Position numbers and translations under genes: made by a program. A DNA stretch of 64,000 nt from Bispira polyomma. Lineage: Eukaryota. Below the pieces are notes generated by a model, which saw only the letters and a program-made list of their open reading frames with translations, was not told the DNA's origin and made no database searches. Positions 1 to 13,559 of the stretch are shown one piece after another; the first letter of the stretch is position 1, and the number at the start of each line of letters is the position of its first letter. The stretch is from assembly GCA_965649765.1 (NCBI GenBank), contig OZ287757.1, forward strand, positions 9,176,001 through 9,240,000, read 5' to 3'.

Positions 1-1664
1 AGAAAAGTCTTGTCTGTACTAATTACACTGACTGCCGCCATGTTGTCACACTTGAGGGTAATATTGGAATTTGGCTACTGAGGTCCCCATACTGTCTATC
101 TCATATTGTGATATTGACTGTGTATCAACGAGTTCTTGCAGGAGATCTACTAAATATACTTGCATTGCCCATGATCTCGTGAGAGAAGCATCTACAAATA
201 CTTGTTCTCACTGGTGCTCTCTAGAGAAGTACACCTTTTCATTAAACTATTCTAGGAAGGTCACAAACCAAGCCACGTCACCCTGAAAATCTGGCACTAC
301 AGAAAAACATTGTCTGGATGAGTTTTCCCTTAGAACCCGCAATAATTTACTAAGGAATATACGTTCTCCCGGCACACAACGGTAAACGTACAATAGTTTT
401 TCTAACATGGATTGGAGTTTTCGTTTTGTAATGGTGTTCCTAAGGAGATTAACTTTACACTTGCCAAAATACTTTCTAGTTTCTCAGGGGGTAAAGGTGG
501 AATCTGTGATATAAACAACAAGGGGCTAAAGGTGGAATCTGTGATGTGAACAATACCCATAATAGTGACTTTCGTGGTTGGGGGAGAGACCTTCTTAGGA
601 TTTATGGGTATTTCCAAATCGTGGATGACTCACATTAAAGTTTCAAAGGCTTCCTGAGTCCTATCCCTGTGACAACACAAATAAATGTCATCCATGTAGT
701 TATTCACACCAAAACCTTTGTTAGCCATAATATACTTTATATAATCGGAAATGCGCTGAAAAATAGCTGTGCCCTGGACCGCCCTAAAAGCCAGACTGTG
801 ATCCCAATAATACTATCCTCCCCACCCTATCCCCAAGTGTACTGCATCCCCTGGTTCTATGCGAATATTACGGAATGCCAGAGAAATGTCCATTTTCACC
901 AGTCTCGCCTCCTGTCCTAATCTTGTAGGATCTGGTATCAATGAATCTAAATTTGGAGTACTAACTTAAATGGCAACTCGTCATATGTTTGTTTGATAGT
1001 GTCCCTATTCACTAAGCATTCCCCATAAGAAAGGTCAAGTATCACCCGCCTGTCTACTATATCTTTTTCTCGGGTCATTAAGGGTACTTAATAGATTCAA
1101 AAGGACCAATCATGGCATTGTACCTAATCTCAGTATCCAAATACTTTTCAATAACTTCCAGGTAGGCCCAGCTAAGTGATGATTCTCTACCACTGGGGTG
1201 ACAATACTACATGTTAGATCAAGACCCAGGGGGAAGCCAAAACGGACATAGTCCAGAAATTTTGATCGTGGTAATCTTTTATATTCCCCATCCAATAAGG
1301 TATAGTAAGACATTAGGCTAATGAAAACCTACAGGCTTAATAATTATGAACTGTTGATTCTTTAATCTGAGATACCATATAGGTGTATTCTTCCACCTAA
1401 GACATGTCCAACTTTGGCCCCTGTAGGTAATGTAAAGTGAATTAAAATTAAGGTGTATAAACACCGGGGTGTTATGGCCCACCTTAAAACATTTTTACGA
1501 TATAATACATTATTTATAAAACAGAACAAAATGACTAGACATACAAATGTAAATCTTGACTACAACTGGTATTACCCGCTACAAAACCCATCGTCCTATC
1601 ATGTTGAATTCAACACTGATTCTTATTACTAATTTCAATTACCTTTTTAACACTATCAGACACA

Positions 1665-1918
1665 TGAATTTGAATTTTGGATATTTAACGTCCACTCTAG
1701 TACCTTTTAGTAGGTTATATTGGGACGGGTAGTTGGAAACGCTGGAGGAAACACTGCATACAGTTGGTCAGGGTTCTGCACTGAAACCAGTGGCCCACAG
1801 TAAGGAACTACCACCTTTCCCACATAGGCATAGACGGGATTTGAACTCACGCTGCCCAGAGGTGAGAAACCAGATATTGTAAAGCGCAATGCTTGCTAAT
1901 CACTAGGCCATGGCGGCC
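1665..1918 (-). mobile_element. tRNA-derived SINE (full length) inserted in element A
   Basis: Reverse complement is highly similar to 42545-42797. A box TGGCCTAGTGA, B box GTTCAAATCC, tail GGACGTTAAATATCCAAAATTCAAATTCA. Flanking repeat ATCAGACAC(A/T)TGA at 1655-1667 and 1922-1934. Confidence 0.9.
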
Positions 1919-2274
1919 CCCATCAGACACTTGACTAGAGTCTGTTACTTGACTATAATTACTGTCACTACTAATCGCCAAAAGTGGGAGACCCACAAAA
2001 CTTAAAACTTTAGAGACTTGTACATTATTATATGGACCATGACTGTGGTTTACACACAAAAGGTGCCAAAGAGCGTTATAGTGTCTCCTTAACTCCTCCC
2101 ATGAGACGCGTGAGTTTGACCCACCACCAATAGTTTGTACATCATGAGACCACAAACGTGTGTCTCAAGAAAGGCAGCCAGTGCAATGCTATTTTGTTGA
2201 AGTTTTATTCAGCCTCTGTATGATAGTTATTGTGTTTCAGTGTTCAGAAATAGTCCATGCAAACATGTTTAAAC

Positions 2275-2345
2275 AATTGTAATTGTAATTAGACTTTTAT
2301 TACGCTTAATCTCCCCTTAACAAAGGGGACTCTAAGGCACACCAG
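2275..2345 (-). mobile_element. L2-clade LINE 3' tail fragment, (ATTACA)n family
   Basis: Reverse complement of 54533-54605: 3' stem-loop plus (ATTACA)n tail. Interrupts the gag zinc-finger region of element A. Confidence 0.85.
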
Positions 2346-3629
2346 ACAAAGTGGTTGCTGCTGCATCCAGGTGGTCCTGTTGATGCGAGCATGTGCCTTC
2401 GTTATACTACCTGCGTGTCACTTTCTTTGGTTTTAATTCAGTGAAAGCTTGTGCCGCAGATGCCGTTTTGCTCGAGATGGTAGTAGAGCCAATAAACAGT
2501 TCCCTCGAATCTGTCCACTTCAGAGCCTCCTCCTCGAGTTGATGCATAGATACAGCACAATTGCCTCAGGCTATCGGCCAGGACAAGTTTTCTAATAATT
2601 TGATAGTCTTGGACAGCTCTCACAGCATAGCACGTAAAATTTTGTTATCTTCCGTCTCCAACACATTACCGAGACAACCAAGTACAAAATTGTCAAGGGA
2701 CAAGTCATCATAGGTGAACCATTTTCGTGATGGACCTGTAACACAATTTTTATTCGGCCATCGCTGACTGGCTACAGGGTTAGGAGTTTCGACCACACTG
2801 TATTGACCGCTCTTTATTACCTTGTGATAATTTAGCTTTAATAACGGCCTCTAGCGCCGCCATCTTTTTATCAACCAACAACTGCACTAGTGAACTACTC
2901 CTGAGTGATTCCAATGTCCTGAAGTAAAGTCTCACTGGTAGCTGCTGCATGTGTCTCTATATGTGCTGCAGGTGTCTGTTGTTGTAAATGAACTGGTCCA
3001 TCATAGTAAAAAAATATATTGGAATTCAAGTCTCTTACTAACGAGCTATGCTGAGGTGTCTTCATCCCTATGGGCAGTGGCACGTGGTGTTGTACAGTTT
3101 GTACCTCTGTCTGCTGAAAGTTTGCAGTCTGTTGATAAGGCCTCTGTTGAATGCCCTGTATCTCCATGAAATTATGAACTGGTGTCGAGACGAGATCCCC
3201 CAGTCTCCAGGTCTCATGCAGGTTTTGATTACTTGGCCCTTTCCAGGGTGGCTTTCTTCACACGTGTGTCCTTAATAATTAATGTAGTGTCCATAAACAG
3301 GTCTGTATGGTCGCTAAAATAGTTTCAAATAAAAGGTCTTTTTGTTTCATTGATAAATCTTCACTCCCACCCAACACTTCTTGATGTCCAACCTCCCTCC
3401 TGTCAGCTTCCTTGCCAGTAGAGTGAGCTCGCCTATTACACTTCGAATTTACTGGCCTTTCGTGGCCAGTCTCACACTTTTGGCAAAAAAGCAACATGTT
3501 TAGGCATCTGAGTGTTAGAACTAGAGGCAGTCGCCATTCTAGTCGACAAATTAAAAAGAATAAAAACAAAGAAACTTATAAAAAAACTTTCAATAAAAAT
3601 GATTGGTCATTTGAATATTTTGGAGTAGA

Positions 3630-3665
3630 AACTGACTAGTGAGTGGTCGTGCTTAGGTTTATATA
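3630..3665 (-). promoter_or_regulatory. Putative Pol II core promoter of element A (TATA + Inr)
   Basis: Minus strand TATATAAA (3665-3658) and TCAGTT initiator (3635-3630), with +1 A 32 nt from the first T, upstream of gag. Confidence 0.55.
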
Positions 3666-3709
3666 TGGCCATTTTGTAAGTAAGAGTGGACAAGTTCATT
3701 ATCAAGTGG

Positions 3710-3769
3710 GGTGATAAGAAGAGTTCAAACAAAGGTAGAGGTGATAAGAAGAGTTCAAACAAAGGTAGA
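3710..3769. repeat. 30-bp perfect tandem duplication
   Basis: GGTGATAAGAAGAGTTCAAACAAAGGTAGA x2. Confidence 0.9.
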
Positions 3770-4379
3770 AAGGTTTTGTGACTAAAGACAATATCTTCAC
3801 CCTTAGATATTGTAACCATATTCCAAACCTCTAGGACCAATATTAAGCGAGATATAGGAACTTTAATTTTGACCTTAGGGTAATTTGGCACTCTGTCAAT
3901 GACTTGATTTAAGCTAAATGTCTGCATGCTTATATAGGACATTTATATCCGTTAATTTTCAAAGAAACGCTCTTGGCGGCCATATTGTTTTTCAAAATGA
4001 AACCAAAATTACTTCCAGGCAAGCTTTTGTAATAAAGAACATTTCCTGTAAATTACGTAATGCAGAGTAATCTAATGTACCCACCAGAGTTTTTCTGTGG
4101 ATACAATTATCCCCAGGCTTCAATTAATTTCCTATTCCCACTTCTAATCATTTATTCTGTCCATCACAGTATTCACCAATCACATTCGTTCACATCTGTA
4201 AACTGAAGCTTCATTTGCTTCAAATCAATTAGAATTGATTCACGGTTTGACATGACAGCACTATTATTTTCATTCATTTTGTGTAAAAACTGCATGTTAT
4301 AACCCATTTAGTCTGCTTTTATAATAGAATGGGAAGAACAAAGAGATGAGGTGTTGTGCACTGTGTACATTGTTTGATC

Positions 4380-7300
4380 ATATTACGTATGGCTGTGGTA
4401 TCTGACACCATGAGGGAATTTGCTTTCCGCCCATTGGGGAAGTGTTAGGTTGTCAAATGCTGGCTTCCTTGGACTGACTCCCTAGCCCTTGTGGCACATG
4501 GTCAGGCGCCCCAGCGCTCAGTATGCACGAAGCGGAAGGGGGTTAGGCTGTCCTGTAAGAACCATAGGTTCAGTGTGTCTCAAGTGTCTATGGTAAACAA
4601 AATGTGTGCCAATGGAACAAAGACACACATGTCAGATAGTCAAGCTAAACACAGAACAATATGTAAGGTATTTAACAATAGAAAGTGTTCTTATTGAAGT
4701 GACAATGGGAAATACATACACATATGTTGGCATTGTAATAAAGTTTCAGGCAAAGAATTTGCTCAACTCGAGTTGAAATGTTACAAAGAAAAGGGGACCA
4801 AACGGTCAGTGTTAGGGAGGTGTTCCACAGTCAGTTTACTGGACATTGACCGTTAGTACTGAGAGTAGGGCAGGAAATAGCAATCTTGTTGACAATAGTG
4901 ATGTAAAACTTAAAAGTTAGTAGTAGAAATAGATCACATGTCTAGCAATAGAATAGTGGTAGTAATTTGGTAAATCAGACAATGTCCAAAGTAAAGCATA
5001 ATAAGGATCTATGTGATTTGCATGTTTTGAATGGCAATAGCAACACAAATGTAATTCATAATAATACTGACTGTATAATTGAAAATACTCAATTTCAGGT
5101 TTATGATGGTATTACTCAGTCTAATGTAACAGGTCTGAAATATTATCTAGACATGCAGAATGAAAGTGCTAATAATCATAATGAAAAGCTTTGTCTGAAT
5201 TATGTGAAGGTCAGGATGTAAAAAAAGACGTGAGTGATGAAAACCTTTTATGTGGCAGCAGTCATGGTCATATCCCTAAAATTGCAATTACTCTAAATGT
5301 TTAGTCCACATTTCTATTACTAGTTGCCACCAATACTCCCCAACTTTGAACTGTGTGGCTTTAATATACTATGTTTTAAATTACCATAAACACATTAACG
5401 GTTTTCTTTATATACCATGAGATTACTGCTGCTGAATGCATATATTCCTCAAGTTAAAGTTTAATTCATGAGTTAAAAATTATTGGCATAAACTAACCAT
5501 TATTAGATAAGGAAATGGTAAAATTAAAAAAAGTTTTATTTTTTCAGTAATTATACAATTAAGCCTAACGATGTTGAACCAATTGGATTATTTTGTATCC
5601 TGATATACGTTTATTTAAGTTACTTCACTTGTAAATCGGCTATAAATCTAGGTTTACAACAACAGCTAGACACATTTGTAAATGAATGCAAGCTTACATA
5701 TTTTAGTAAAATCTTCTCTTTTGTCTACAAGTATATGATTTTATCAATGTTGTATTTATGTTACTTATCCTTTAAACACAGGTCCAATTCTCATTTGTTT
5801 GTGTAAGATTTTGTAAAGATGTGGAGATGCTTTAAGAATGAGCTTCCAACATTGTAATGAGGTCACATTACCTGGAATATTTATTGCTTCCTATCACTCA
5901 AGTTGAGGAATGTGTGATTCACAGGAAACAATTTATAAACATGGCAAGTCACATGACTCTTCCCAATACCATATTAGGCAATCTTCTGATCACATGACCA
6001 ATCAATGCATCAACTTTCACTTAACTTACTAAATCCCTGATCAAACCCTGACATCCATATTTGGCGTCTTACTTATGTTCTATGATCATATGACCAGTGT
6101 TTCCTTAGAATTGCAGAGATGAGATAAGCATAGCATTTGGGGCCTTGTGCCCAGAGTCTATAATAAAGAGCCAGTTATATCAGGCCTCACAGAAAAGTAC
6201 CATCAAGATTTAATATGATACTACAAGTGTTGTTTGTTAAATATTTTAAAGTTTGTTAAAAGAAGAAATAAAGTCTGATGAAAAAGCTTACACAATAGAC
6301 TATTATTACTTTGGACTTTTACTGTTGTCAAGCGGTGGAACCTGCCGGAAACACACAACTACCACAAAGCCAAATTTACAGAATTTACAGAAATCATGTC
6401 AGAGATGTATCTTGCTTTGAGCATCATGGGTAGGACTATACTGAATATATTCAAAGGGTTATTCATACTGAACCTGATGATAAATTTCATGAATGTGATG
6501 AGATGTCAAGAGAAGAAATGGCATCATTTACTTAAGTAAGTACCATTATCATGAAAAATATTTGTAGAAGTCGTTATTGCAATAAAATGTCTGTTTGTGC
6601 TTTCCACAATGACTTTTCCCAAAAACAACTGGATTTATAAACATCTCCTCTACAAAATTTGAATTTATAGGGCCATGTATTGCTTCCAGGGCTATTGAAA
6701 TTGTAGAAGGCATACCTTGACAAACTGCTACTTCAATGTATCAAATTTGGGTTTTCTGTTTCATAACCCCAGTACATTATTTAACAAGAAGGTTACCAAC
6801 CAAAACTCTGCTCTCCAATATCTGTGTAAGGAACAACAATTGAGTTCCATGTTAGGATGAGTTTCACAAATAAGCTTAGGCTGATATCATTGCTCTCCAC
6901 ATTTCACGCATCCTAAAGATGCAAGAGACGAGTCCTTTTATATTTGTGCCATCCACATGGTTCGTCAGTGAACGACAATGTAGCTAGGAAAGATTTGATT
7001 GGGTACTTTTTAAAATTGACATTGCACACACATTCAGGAACATATGTGTGGGCCTATCTGACAATCTCAAAGTAGGTATATTATTTGCAGAGGCATGTAT
7101 ATTGATCCTGTGGTTACATTCGACTCGGTCCGTCGTAAATCAGTGTTTTGATGCTGCTCTGATGCAAGAGTATCACATATGCTTCAACATGATTACGTCT
7201 TTGGTTATATAGACGATTATATTGCCGTTACAAGTGAAGACAAAGTGCAACAGGTTTTTGAAATTATTACCTAATTACTCAATGAGGACAAGCATACACA

Positions 7301-8666
7301 GTATAAAACATGTGTGTTTAGGTATCAAAATTAACATTACCCTATCCAGGCATGGATAAAATGCTTCAGTCCATTCAGAACTACTTATGTGATTTTTCGC
7401 CTGGGCAGTTGCACCAATGTCACTCTATTCCGCTAAAAACTACACTGGCTTCCCATTCAGTATAGAATTCATGTAACCACATTAAAGGCTGTAGTCACTC
7501 CACAGGCTTCCTACCTCGCTTCCCTTCTCTCTTCCAGTAACCTAAGGAGTGGCAAAGAACTTTCTGTTTCTTTTTTTAAACCCTCCAGGAAGGCTGGATC
7601 CAGAGCTTTCTCCATTGCAGCTCCCTTGTTATAAAACAGTCATCTGGACGACCTCAGATCATCAGATACATTTATTAGTTTTAAGAAAAAAATTATTAAA
7701 ACCAATATTTTTAATCTGGCCTTCCTACCGTAGTTTTCCTTCTGTACACCCCCACATCCTTCCCTGCAATCTTGTTATGTCTATGGATCACAGGATTGGA
7801 TCACTAATTCTGCTGTTGTGCTTTAGAAAGCACGTTAAAAATGCATACTAATAATGATAATAATAGTGGCACTACTAGCATTCAACCTGATTCAGGGAAA
7901 ATCTTGAACTTTGCAATAGTGTCCATTACAAGCGTTACATTTCATGCAATAAGTGCCAGTCTCTATTAGGTAAGCTACTGTATGTCCATAAATGCGTCAA
8001 ACCGGCATGTACATTTATTACCAGGCTGTATTTATTACCAGTATTCCGTAGCAATAGACCCACTACTAAATTCAAAGTCACTCAAGAAATGTGTAATGAT
8101 TCATCTTGGGTCATAGTGTTTCTGCCACAATTTTATAGCATAGTGTACATTGACCCCAAATAAATACTGGATGTACACAAATTACATCTAGACGCATGCC
8201 TTTGGGGCCTATGCGGGTTGTACAAAAACAAGATTTATTCCACACCATTTTTCAACATCTTCAATATTAAGTTGTTTGCTTGACATGTTGGATATCATAT
8301 TAGCATTGGGCTGAGAAGTGGACTCATAGCAATTAATTATAAACCGTGACAACATGGCCATAGTAATGGTTGTGGATTCACAAAATACTAAGGACAAATT
8401 CCTAGTGGCGTGCCTTAGATACATTTGGCTCATTGCTGCTATATATGACATTACTATTTCTATTTAACACATTTCAATCAAATCCAATTTTATAGCTGAT
8501 GTTTTGTCAGTAATTTTGGGTCCCACCCTAATAAGTTAGCTCTTCTCCAACTCTTCCCAGGCTAGAATTGATACTGCACTCAGATCTAATAAATCCATGG
8601 CTTACAAGAACCAATTCAAGACTTCTCTTGCATTCATGCAATTTGCTGGCATTACCACAATTTCTG
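4380..8666 (+). mobile_element. Degenerate DIRS/Ngaro-type YR retrotransposon (element B): gag C-terminus, pol, start of YR
   Basis: Gag finger ICKVFNNRKCSY..HICWHC (~4660-4740). RT GFINISSTKFEFIG (~6630-6670) and YIDD (~7206). SLLGKLLYVHKCVKPA (~7960). RNase H LHLDAC and DNMAIV (8180-8370). YR start RIDTALR..AYKNQF (8560-8650). Collinear with element F. Confidence 0.8.
7355..7865 (+). mobile_element. 5'-truncated L2 LINE (recurrent family X) inserted in element B
   Basis: LQSIQNYL, LHWLP and 3' UTR GGATCACTAATTCTGCTGTTGTGCTTTAGAA with (TAA)-rich tail; shared with other copies in the window. Confidence 0.8.
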
Positions 8667-9095
8667 TTACGCGATGTATTTTTAAAACTGCTACATTAGT
8701 ATATAAGTTTCTCGATTCAGGAGAATATTTCATACCAGGAGAGCTGCTTCCAAAAATAGATTCCTTCTTGTTCCAAAATGTGAGTCCAAAGTACACAGGT
8801 CAAAGGTTCACTTTGATAAAAGTTTTGCAAATGATGCCCCTACCCTAAGGAATAGTTTGCCTCAACACATTAGGACAGCTCCGTCCCTGTATTCCTTCCA
8901 ACGCAGTTTAAAGACCTATCTGTTCATTGATGCATTCCCTCCATAGTCTCTTTCCCGTTCTCGGTGGACCCATTGATGACGACTTCCATCTGTCTATCAC
9001 CAATGATTTTTGACTCTGGCTGTGGTTTTTGCGCCTTGGAATTAATTACAACGAAAATAAGCTCTAAAATTGTCTGATATATTATATATTATTAC
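8667..9095 (+). mobile_element. 5'-truncated L2 LINE 3' end
   Basis: RCIFKTATLVYKFL ... LKTYLF..AFPP*, then a degenerate GCGCCTT..TAAGC stem-loop and AT-rich tail. Confidence 0.75.
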
Positions 9096-9399
9096 GCTTA
9101 GACATTGTGCGTTGAACTTATCTGTATCCAGTAAACCCAGAGACTCATTGTTGCAAATAGGTTCAACCCCATGGTGAAGTGGAAGTCAACACGACGGAAG
9201 TAACCAATCCAGGCAATGATAAGAAAGACATTTTGTTACACAAAACCAGGAAGCAGGTATCTGTAGGCGGGATGGAGCAGAGTGATGAGCTGAACATTAC
9301 ATTGGATAAACCGCAAAATTAGAAAGTGATATGAGCAAGGTGATAGAATAGTGTTATAGAATAGAACTAAACTCTTGGTCAAGAAATTCTTTCACAGAG

Positions 9400-10320
9400 T
9401 GCACTCCAGAGATTTATGACTGTTGGTGGATTCCTGTATAGGGATACTAAGTTGTGTAAATACTTGGAATTTGTATTTCTTATAGATATGACAGCTGAGG
9501 GTTTCTTGTTTAACAGTAAAGTTAAATATCATGACAGTGCATTATAATTCCCTGAAAGTGTGGATCAATACTTTGTCACTAAGCGCCTTCATCAAGCTAT
9601 TTCAGGTCCTTTTAATGAAACCCCCTATAAGCAATAACACTGTTTACCAGTTATGATTCGCCTTAAAGATGACATTATGCTGCATTTGATTGTTGACCTC
9701 TCTTGGACTTATGACAACACATTAGTAAATAGTGTGGTAACAGAATATATGTATGCTGGGCAGAAATTTGTTCTCACCCTTCTGACGGTGGATAGGTTGG
9801 TTGATCATAATAATACAATTAGCCCCACTGCAAAATTATACAATCTGGATTTCTCCTAAGCATTTAGAAACCTGCAAATTGATCTAGGAGACTATAAGTA
9901 CTGGGGTCTTAAATGGAGATATAACACAAAAATTGATTAGGTCGTCATGATGGGATACAAACACGGTATGGTGGTATGCAAAAAGGTCACGGCAGTATAT
10001 GTCGCATTAATTTCAAATATACAATTATATCAATGACCTTGTTGCCATAGAGACAAGTGATAAAGCAAATGAGTGAGTTAAGCAATTATACCGATTACTT
10101 GAATATTTGGGTCTACCCATACACCCCAAAATGTTTTTGTCTCCCTGCAGAGGAAGTCGTATGCATGAGAATACTGATTAAAGCTGAGACTGGTACAATC
10201 AAAATCCCAGAAATTATATTAAAACAAATTCAACTCAAGTGTAAACAATGACAGGACAGAACTTGTTGTACCAGAAAAGAGTGACAGTCAATTCTTTAAA
10301 AACTGTTACATGTTCACAGA
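9400..10320 (+). pseudogene. DIRS/Ngaro-type RT remnant (element C)
   Basis: SAL*FPESVDQYF, AISGPF, RLKDD..LIVDLSW, LDFS*AFRNLQID, NYIND, PAEEVVCMRILI. Confidence 0.7.
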
Positions 10321-10959
10321 TATAGCACTAGCGTGTCCATTTCAAAACTACAACCTGTATTATTTCATGCAATTGCTTCCACTAGAAAATTCAAAATTGT
10401 GCACTGTGTCGGCTTTGAGGTGCATGTTTGCAAGAAATAATAGCACTAAAAATTCCCCAGTATCTATGTGCAATGTAAGTGTGCAGTAATTTCCTCTTAC
10501 ATCATAAAAAGTTAGGTGTGCATTAAGAGAAATAATTAGTTATTTTAACCCTCAGATAACCCTCAGATTAAGTAAAGTTAAGCTAAATTGGTAACTCAAG
10601 GTGACTGCTAATCACCTTATATATTTAACTATACCACTTGTGTCCCTATCTGGAGCAGCCATGTGGAATGAAAAAAAAAACCAAATATGTACTAACTCTC
10701 TTGGTGAACAAAAATCTCTTAGTTGTAGCTCCATGTAAAGCACAATCACTGTAGCTCTTACCTTCATTATCTGGGCCAACTTAAGAGAAAGTTCAAGATT
10801 AAAAAAATACTGAACCTATAACCATTTCACACAGCAAACAAAGTACTTGATAACGAAGTGGATTTAAGAGATAGCCTTCTGATGATAGAATGATATAACG
10901 ATAGAATGGTTTTAATGACAAGAAACATGAAAACACCATAAGACTTACAGTAATTCTTA

Positions 10960-11580
10960 AACAACATCTGCCACTCCTGCTATCACCATATTTGTGACAT
11001 TAAAAGAATCAAAAACCACTTGTCAATAGACACTGCTATAACTGTTATAAATACCCTTGTAAGTAGTCGCTTTGACTACTGCAACTCCCCTTTTTTTTGG
11101 AGTCACAGATTGAAAAGCTACAGTCCATTGAAAACTATCTATGCAGGGTTATTTTTCGTATGGGCGCTTGCACTGATGTCACATTATAACTCAAAAAACC
11201 ACACTAGCTTTCCATTTATGTCCCCACATTCAAGGCTGTAGTCACTCCACACACTTCCTACCTCGCTTCCCGTCTCTCTTCCAGTAACCTAAAGAGAAGC
11301 AATAGATTCTCTGTTTCTTCTGTTAAACCCTCTAGAAAGGCTGGATCCATTGAAGCTTCCTTGTTATGGGACAGTCTTCCAGTCGGCCTCAGATAATCAG
11401 ACATAGCTAAAACCAATCTTTTTAACCTGGCCTTCCCACCATAGTTTCCCTCCTGTACACACCCTCACCCTTCCTTGCGACCTCGCTCCATGGATCACAC
11501 GACTGGCTCACTAATTCTGTTGTTGTGCTTTAGAAATACCTAAACATCAATAAAGAGTGTATAAAATGCATAATAATAAG
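10960..11580 (+). mobile_element. 5'-truncated L2 LINE (family X)
   Basis: SCYHHICDIKRIKNHLSIDTAITVINTLVSSRFDYCNS plus family-X 3' UTR and tail. Confidence 0.8.
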
Positions 11581-11659
11581 ACATGATTTTGAATTTAGTT
11601 AAATGGATATCTAAGCTATCAAAAATGCCAGCACCACTCAGATAACAAAAACTGATGTA

Positions 11660-11875
11660 CCAGGTACACACTTACCTTCCACTGGCCATCACCAATTTAA
11701 ATCGCAGTCCTGATATGTAGGACAGTTGACGGTAAAGTTGCTAAAGGTCAATGTTTTTGTCAAAATCTGGACCTACTAGCCAGTTTTGCATTCCGTCATC
11801 AGTAAACTGCCTGTCATGATAAAACATGAGGATGTTGAAAGTGACGTTAACCCCCAAGCAAGCTAAACCTAACCT
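11660..11875 (+). mobile_element. Old SINE remnant
   Basis: 3' end GATGTTGAAAGTGACGTTAACCCCCAAGCAAGC resembles the SINE tails at 42770-42797 and ~45690-45715. Confidence 0.5.
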
Positions 11876-12129
11876 GCAGTATCTTTCACTGACATTGAAG
11901 GATATACCACGCTCAGAACTAAGTTACATTAACTTTTTTGGGCATAGTACACAGTATTCAATGATCAAAACTATCCCACTCACTATGGTATAGGGATTTG
12001 TATGTGTGAGTAATTGAAATTAAATTGACACTACACGTAGAGGTTCAAAATCAAGTACAGCATATACTTTTGATTATTTTTGGCATTCATACAGACATAA
12101 TGTCAATTAGAGGACGGCCCTTTGCACCA

Positions 12130-12308
12130 CAGTGCCACAAATACATTCCTTAATAATGCTCCGAAATATAATACAATCATCATTTGTCCATGGGCATTCC
12201 ACCAAATTTCAGGTGAATTGATTCAGTAGTTGTTGTGTTATCTCGGTCATAAACCTGCAAACACATAGACCAGGGCTAAAACATAACCTCCTAGGCTGAG
12301 GTGATAAT
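12130..12308 (-). mobile_element. Helentron-type non-autonomous element fragment (subterminal hairpin end)
   Basis: CACCAAATTTCA...CAAACACATAGAC...AAAACATAACCTCCTAGGCTGAGGTGATAA, i.e. an ACCTC/GAGGT hairpin end next to a decayed microsatellite. Confidence 0.45.
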
Positions 12309-13559
12309 GTTATATTTAATACATGAAACAGGAAAATTGACTGGCGATTTAATAGGTATATGTGTACTAACTCTCTTGGTGAACAGACAATGTTTAATTA
12401 GAAGTTCGATCACTGTAGCTCTTGACATCAAATCATGAGATGTTGTAATCAGTGTGTTATCTGGACCAACTGAGAAGAAATTGCAAGATTAAACAACACT
12501 AAGCCTATAGCTATTTTATACAGTAAACAAAGTACTTGAGAATAACCTTCACATCATAAATTATAAATATAAAAAATAGGCTTTAGAAGACAGGAGATGT
12601 ATGTTGAACCTTATCTGTAGAATTGTTCTTCATCAAATAACTGATGACGTGGTTGTATGTAATGATCACAATTCAAGATAAGATGCCATTGTATATTAAC
12701 CTTGACATATGTATAATATTTGTGAACAGCATGTTATAATAAGGATTTGTCTCCCGTGTCTTTTATGTTGTTCCTCAAATACTCTTTAATAGGTTACCTA
12801 CAAATATTAGATCACAATGTTCTCTCTCAAATTCCATTAGTAAACTTTAAAGCCATCTCGTCAAGTGTTTCCCCTGGATGCTAAACTCCTCGATGGTGAC
12901 ATTGGTTCTGCATTTGGACCATGTTTTGTCCTTCTACTGTTAATGATATTGCACTTCAGAAGTATGCCTGGCATTGACTCAAATATATATCACCATTACT
13001 TTCTAACTTTAACTGCATGTTAAAAGAGACAACGACAAAGTTAAAAAAGCAAGTTTTAATCTTTTATGATCCTTACCCCAAAATGGCTTGTATTCAGATT
13101 ACCCCAATTTCAGTACCATTTATTAACACGTCAACTGAAATGCCAAATCTGGTACGTCAGGGTTGAATTAAATTTCTCAGAAATATCATGATATCACCTT
13201 TCTGGAAGATAAACTAAATCAGTGAAGGGATTGAACCTGACGAAAAAACGTTTCTACAACCTCAAAATATAAAAATACTTCAAGTTCCCAAAGACTTTTC
13301 TTAGGGATTCTTAGGGATGGTTATGACTTTAGTTAAATTGATTTCTAATCTATCAGAACACCACTCATGAAACTAATGTGCCTTTGGTATTGTGCTTAAA
13401 TATTATGATCCAACTTCGGACAGCATGTTTTTTAGTAATGCTATCTTTGACCTAATGGGCCTCAGTGATATAGAGGTAGCACACTTCACTTCCACCTCTG
13501 CCACCGTGGTTTTGAATGTCAGTCACTCCTTACCTGCAAACACATAGACCAGATATATA

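Larger units (their letters stand above)
1..3700 (-). mobile_element. Degenerate DIRS/Ngaro-type YR retrotransposon (element A): gag + RT/RNase H, runs off the window start
   Basis: Minus-strand translation gives gag N-terminus CQKCETGHERPVNSKC (~3440-3490) and gag core WPNKKCVTGPSRKWFTYDDLSL (~2700-2760). RT motifs LDYVRFGFPLG, MTREKDIVDRRVILDLSYG (~1020-1080) and NYMDD (~685-700); RNase H motif CDNMAAV (~30-50). Many stops and frameshifts. Confidence 0.85.

Noticed and set aside
6330-6540. Host exon ending in AA|GTAAGT
   Set aside because: Another frame matches the pol N-terminal region of element F, so it is part of element B.
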